DNA of 64,000 nucleotides from an uncultured Candidatus Saccharibacteria bacterium (GTDB lineage: Bacteria; Patescibacteriota; Doudnabacteria; UBA920): the NCBI GenBank assembly GCA_964384035.1, contig CAYLIB010000006.1:13336-77335 (forward strand). The letters are read 5' to 3'. The position numbers were made by a program, and so were the translations under genes. The number at the start of each line of letters is the position of its first letter. The first letter of the stretch is position 1. Of the stretch, positions 60,177-64,000 are shown one piece after another. Below the pieces are notes generated by a model. The model was not told the origin of the DNA, did not search any database, and saw only the letters and a program-made list of their open reading frames with translations.

Positions 60177-60929
60177 ATGTCAGATAAACACGCCGATTTA
60201 CTTGATTTTCTAGCGGAAATCAAGGACGATCCTGAAATGAAAGCACATTTAGCCAACAGAAAACCGACGATAATCTTGGTTGGTCTTTCTGGGAAATCCT
60301 GCCTCGAAGTAATTCAAGCAAACAAGGAAGCAGGCATTCACTCTACCGTTGTTGTTTATAATGACTCTTTGCGTGAAGACTTGGCAAACTCGTTAGGATT
60401 GAAGTCGTTGACTTCGGGGCGAGACAGGGTTAGTGGGGGAGAATTGGTTAAAATCAAGACTTTCCCCGTTACAGAAACTCCTAATTATCAGTGGACGTCC
60501 GAATTAGTAGACCCCGGTGAATTCAGAGTCGCTGGAATTGTATTTGCAATTGCCAAGTATGATCCCGCGAGCCGCTGGGATGATGCAGGCTATTATCTGA
60601 ATCGGGACAAGCCTCAGTTCGAAAGAATACCTGCCTGGTACATCCATCAGGTTTTAGCGGATTCTTTGGGTCTAGCAATAACACTCGTAAACGCCTATTA
60701 CGATGAACTCACAGAAAGTGATAGTTTCATATTAGTAGGCCAAGATAGCAAAGACGAAACAACCCAAATACAATTCGTCACTGATTTCCTAGGTACTGTA
60801 GTTGCCGGCTACTTTGGTGGTCTATTTATGTATTACGGGGCTGATAAAGTTGATGTGCAGAACAACGAAACGGAAGCCCTGCAGTCAATAGAGCACCTAA
60901 GGAAGGCTGTTATTGAATCGAAAAAATAA
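60177..60929 (+). CDS. Hypothetical protein
   Basis: GGAGG RBS before ATG 60177; terminator agacac/gtgtct after stop. Confidence 0.65.
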   Translation: MSDKHADLLDFLAEIKDDPEMKAHLANRKPTIILVGLSGKSCLEVIQANKEAGIHSTVVVYNDSLREDLANSLGLKSLTSGRDRVSGGELVKIKTFPVTETPNYQWTSELVDPGEFRVAGIVFAIAKYDPASRWDDAGYYLNRDKPQFERIPAWYIHQVLADSLGLAITLVNAYYDELTESDSFILVGQDSKDETTQIQFVTDFLGTVVAGYFGGLFMYYGADKVDVQNNETEALQSIEHLRKAVIESKK

Positions 60930-60938
60930 AAGACACAA

Positions 60939-62126
60939 CTATGTGTCTCTTTTTATTTGCCCGTCATATCTAATACCCACACTTGTCATTTCCTTACGAG
61001 AGACCCCAAATTTTATCGACTTTATAAATAAGTATAAAAAAATATACGGAAGCATAATGGCTGGTAAGGGGTCATTGATTTTAAAGATAACATCCTTACC
61101 GTTTATGAAATCATTTAGCCATAGCTTTAAACCATTAATATTCCTTACTTTTCCGAACAAATAAAAGATCATCATTAACTTTATCTGTGGAAACTTGCTT
61201 GTTTTTTCTATTATTAATCCTTTCTTTCCGGTATAAATAGAGTTAGCAAAAATTTTAGGTTTTTCGAAAAATAAATTAATACCACTTGTAGGTCTTGGAT
61301 TGCATTCAATCGGGTATAATTTACCCATCTCATTTTCTATGAAATCAAAGCCAAAATTCCCGGTTAAATTAAGTTTCTTGCCAATAAGTTCTATAGTACG
61401 AAGTACGTTTTTATTTTCAACGGCACGGTAAAGAAAATGAGCCCCAAATTTTAGATGGTAAGGTGAACTATAAGTTACATGATTTAACATTTCACCATTT
61501 TGAAAACAACTATAAGAACAGAATTCCTTCCCCGCTATAAACTCCTGAACCACCCAGGGATTGTCTGGGCCTATATTCAGACCGGAAACATTGCTTATGG
61601 AATCCACCTTTCTTACATAAGCACCAAATCTAGAATAAACAGGTTTAATAAACAACTCATGAGTAGTACTGCTTAAAACATCTCTCATCTGCCCCACACT
61701 TTCTACAAGAATTGTTTTCGGAGTATTTACACCCAATGATCTCGCATACTCTATAAAAGTAAATTTATTATGTAATAAATTCAAAGTCTCTATTGTAGAA
61801 CAAAATAGCTCGCACCCCAAAGGCAGTCTGTCCTTGAAACTAGCCAAGTAAAAAATCTCTTCACACACAGGCACTATTAGATCAATGTTTTTTTCCTTAA
61901 CTAAGTTGCATATAAACTTTTCATAACCAACTAAATCCGTTGAGGGTGGGGGAGTAGTTATATACTCATAAATATTATTTGAAAAACTAACAAGTGTATT
62001 TTTAATACAGTCAGCACCAAAAACCACATAACCCGCTTCCCTAAAAAGCCTCGTCACCCCCAAAGCCACCGGCGACCTCCCTCCAGTAATCAAAACCCTT
62101 CCCCGTTGCCCAACCCCGAAACTCAT
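60939..62126 (-). CDS. ATP-grasp domain protein
   Basis: VLITGGRSPVAL, VPVCEE, LHNKFTF, IKPVYSRFG, VQEFIAGKE, IECNPRPTSG. Confidence 0.9.
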   Translation of the reverse strand: MSFGVGQRGRVLITGGRSPVALGVTRLFREAGYVVFGADCIKNTLVSFSNNIYEYITTPPPSTDLVGYEKFICNLVKEKNIDLIVPVCEEIFYLASFKDRLPLGCELFCSTIETLNLLHNKFTFIEYARSLGVNTPKTILVESVGQMRDVLSSTTHELFIKPVYSRFGAYVRKVDSISNVSGLNIGPDNPWVVQEFIAGKEFCSYSCFQNGEMLNHVTYSSPYHLKFGAHFLYRAVENKNVLRTIELIGKKLNLTGNFGFDFIENEMGKLYPIECNPRPTSGINLFFEKPKIFANSIYTGKKGLIIEKTSKFPQIKLMMIFYLFGKVRNINGLKLWLNDFINGKDVIFKINDPLPAIMLPYIFLYLFIKSIKFGVSRKEMTSVGIRYDGQIKRDT

Positions 62127-62159
62127 GATTTTGTCTTTTAATTAGAATTAATAGTAGCA

Positions 62160-62248
62160 GGTTATCGGGAAGAATATTTTCTCCAGATGCGACTTGAGGG
62201 GAAGGGCCCCCTCCGGAGCAGATGGAGAAAATATTCTTCCCAATAACC
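62160..62248. repeat. Long hairpin element
   Basis: Perfect 19-bp stem gggaagaatattttctcca/tggagaaaatattcttccc with inner hairpin gagggg/cccctc. Confidence 0.65.
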
Positions 62249-62312
62249 GACATTAGAGTAGTTGCATCAAAGTAAGTCAAAATCTATACTACTACCAAAG
62301 TAAATTATACAT

Positions 62313-62828
62313 ATGAACGAACCAAAAAAACTATATAGAGTAAAAGAAGGTCAAACAATCGCCGGTGTAGCAACTGGCCTAGCAAGGTATTTTAACGTAG
62401 ATACCGTTTTAGTGAGAGTGGTATTTATCGCTTTAGTCTTCGCTGGTGGTAGCGGAGTATTGTTATATATCATTTTAGCAATAATCATTCCAGAAGAGCC
62501 TAAATCTACCACCTCGCATACAAGTAGTACTAACCATGAAGTAAACTCTGATACCGTAAAAGAGTTCGTAAATTCCGTAGGGGATAACGCCCAAAAAATT
62601 GCAGAAGATATAAAAGAGAGAATCAATCAAAATACATCGACAAATTCCCAAGGGGAAACCGAAAAACAAAATACCACAAGAAATATAGTAGCTATGGTTA
62701 TTATTGCAGTTGGTGTTCTTGCGCTATTCAATTCTATAACCGGATTTCATTTGTTCCGCTGGGAACTTTTTTGGCCTATAGTATTAATTTTTATTGGTGG
62801 AATAATTCTCTTCAAGAAAGGACATTAG
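62313..62828 (+). CDS. PspC domain membrane protein with LiaF-like C-terminal TMs
   Basis: KKLYR..IAGVATGLARYFNVD..VRV..LYIILAIIIPEE; LFWPIVLIFIG. Confidence 0.9.
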   Translation: MNEPKKLYRVKEGQTIAGVATGLARYFNVDTVLVRVVFIALVFAGGSGVLLYIILAIIIPEEPKSTTSHTSSTNHEVNSDTVKEFVNSVGDNAQKIAEDIKERINQNTSTNSQGETEKQNTTRNIVAMVIIAVGVLALFNSITGFHLFRWELFWPIVLIFIGGIILFKKGH

Positions 62829-62829
62829 T

Positions 62830-63117
62830 ATGTCAGGGTTCCCAGTAAAAAAATACCATTCAGCAGGTCGTTATTTCCTAGGACTTATAATAATTTTTTT
62901 TGGACTGGCTAGCTTGCTTGAGAAGTTAGGGTATATAAATTTAGCACTCTGGAAGAAAGAGTATTTTTTACCCATTTTAACCATCTATATTGGGCTGAGT
63001 ATGCTAGGCAAGGGTAAAAAGTTTTCTGACCCCTTAGGCATTATTCTTGGCCTCGGTGTTATTGCCATTCTCTTGCATGTTTTAACAGGTGGAAGTTTCT
63101 GGTCTAAATTTTACTAG
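62830..63117 (+). CDS. Small LiaF-like (DUF5668-type) membrane protein
   Basis: FLGLIIIFFG..LL..LGY..LW..LPILTIYIGL; follows the pspC-like gene. Confidence 0.6.
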   Translation: MSGFPVKKYHSAGRYFLGLIIIFFGLASLLEKLGYINLALWKKEYFLPILTIYIGLSMLGKGKKFSDPLGIILGLGVIAILLHVLTGGSFWSKFY

Positions 63118-63179
63118 ACAGAATTCGCTAGGGGTATTATCTTAAATCTCCAAACAGATTCTAAAACCAATGGAGGCAT

Positions 63180-63656
63180 ATGCAAGAATTACCTTTAGAT
63201 CCTGCAAACGCAGGTCCGTTCACTCAACCTTTCCTTACACTTACTTTTGTGGATGGAACTCGTTGGCATATAGACGTAGGTGGGAATTTAGACCCATACA
63301 TTGTTGGATACTCTCGAATTCTTAAAATTTACGAGAGCCTCACGGAAGATGAAAAAAGCCAAAAAGGAGTAGATTCACTTTTCAGCGAGGGGGTAAATTG
63401 GCTAAGCCGAGCAACACCGCTACTCCTCAAAATGATAGATGATTTAGCACGTATTAACCCCTGTTACACTGTCTCGTCAGTCTACTCTTATACAGGTACA
63501 GCTGGTCCCGGTTTTATTTTGAGACAGGGTGCATTCTTCAAGAGATTCGATCTCAGCCCAAAAGTACCTCATCCTATCCCTATACGTATTGGAGATAGGG
63601 ACGTTAATGAATACCTGCTGAGACTCGGATTTCTATCATTCCAAGACAAACAATAA
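63180..63656 (+). CDS. Hypothetical protein
   Basis: 158 aa, GGAGG RBS, terminator agacac/gtgtct. Confidence 0.65.
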   Translation: MQELPLDPANAGPFTQPFLTLTFVDGTRWHIDVGGNLDPYIVGYSRILKIYESLTEDEKSQKGVDSLFSEGVNWLSRATPLLLKMIDDLARINPCYTVSSVYSYTGTAGPGFILRQGAFFKRFDLSPKVPHPIPIRIGDRDVNEYLLRLGFLSFQDKQ

Positions 63657-63809
63657 AGACACTACCGTGTCTGTTTTTTTATGCATCCTTAAATTTCAGG
63701 TACAAGCTATTAATAGAAGATTCGCCCATACTTAGAAAAGCATCAGACAAAAAGAATTACATCTTCTCCTCATAAAAATTATCCAAAATAAAAAAGACCC
63801 TATCAGAGT

Positions 63810-64000
63810 CTAGAAAATAATTAAGATATTGGCATGAATTCCAAAATCTTCGTAAAGTCTAGCACCGCTGGGTTCTCTCAGGCCACCATCGCTATGTAAT
63901 TCATACTGCTCAGAAGATATTCGTAGTTTACCTTCGATATCAGTCACGCCACCAACCACTCTACAAGATGTCATCCCGCATTCTCTTATAATTTTACTTA
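63810..64000 (-). CDS. 3' end of a hypothetical protein (partial)
   Basis: Open frame ...SKIIRECGMTSCRVVGG...HANILIIF* followed by hairpin plus T-tract. Confidence 0.5.
   Translation of the reverse strand, partial: SKIIRECGMTSCRVVGGVTDIEGKLRISSEQYELHSDGGLREPSGARLYEDFGIHANILIIF

Noticed and set aside
3545-60950. Recurrent AAC(T) in terminator loops as a recombination core
   Set aside because: Present in only some hairpins and expected by chance in AT-rich loops; cannot be supported without statistics
62161-62215. SAM-I riboswitch resemblance (ttatc...gaggggaagggccc)
   Set aside because: Lacks AUCAAGAG, GCAACC and GGUGC elements in the right order; explained by a simple long hairpin
1-64000. 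CRISPR array, tRNA, rRNA, tmRNA, transposase, or recoded TGA (code 25)
   Set aside because: No periodic repeats or RNA-gene signatures seen by eye; core genes are intact under code 11 and TGA acts as stop

Overview
AT-rich bacterial chromosomal window read with standard code 11 (TGA used as stop, e.g. gpmI). It looks like Patescibacteria/CPR, judged from ValRS with an inserted extra domain and no C-terminal arm, a half-length TsaB, a soluble VirD4-like ATPase and many ORFans. That assignment is inference. Housekeeping genes (PBP1A-type, rpsT, gpmI, uvrB, murE-like, tsaB/tsaD, femX-like, ruvA, rpoB, rpoC, P-type ATPase, valS) alternate with single-gene ORFan units. Most notable: (1) a cobalamin-riboswitch-like RNA with terminator/antiterminator heading a tightly coupled 4-gene operon (714-aa acidic low-complexity protein, Clp-type AAA+ ATPase with a degenerate first ring, small protein, VirD4/TraG-like ATPase); (2) directly downstream, a cluster of three B12-binding radical SAM enzymes, two GNAT-like proteins, a GH3 adenylate-forming ligase and an ATP-grasp enzyme; (3) a Val T-box with an ultrashort stem I; (4) several highly structured intergenic elements; (5) a split between apparently leaderless conserved genes and strongly Shine-Dalgarno-led accessory genes. 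No rRNA, tRNA, CRISPR array or transposase was recognised. All calls come from reading motifs by eye; no searches were run.
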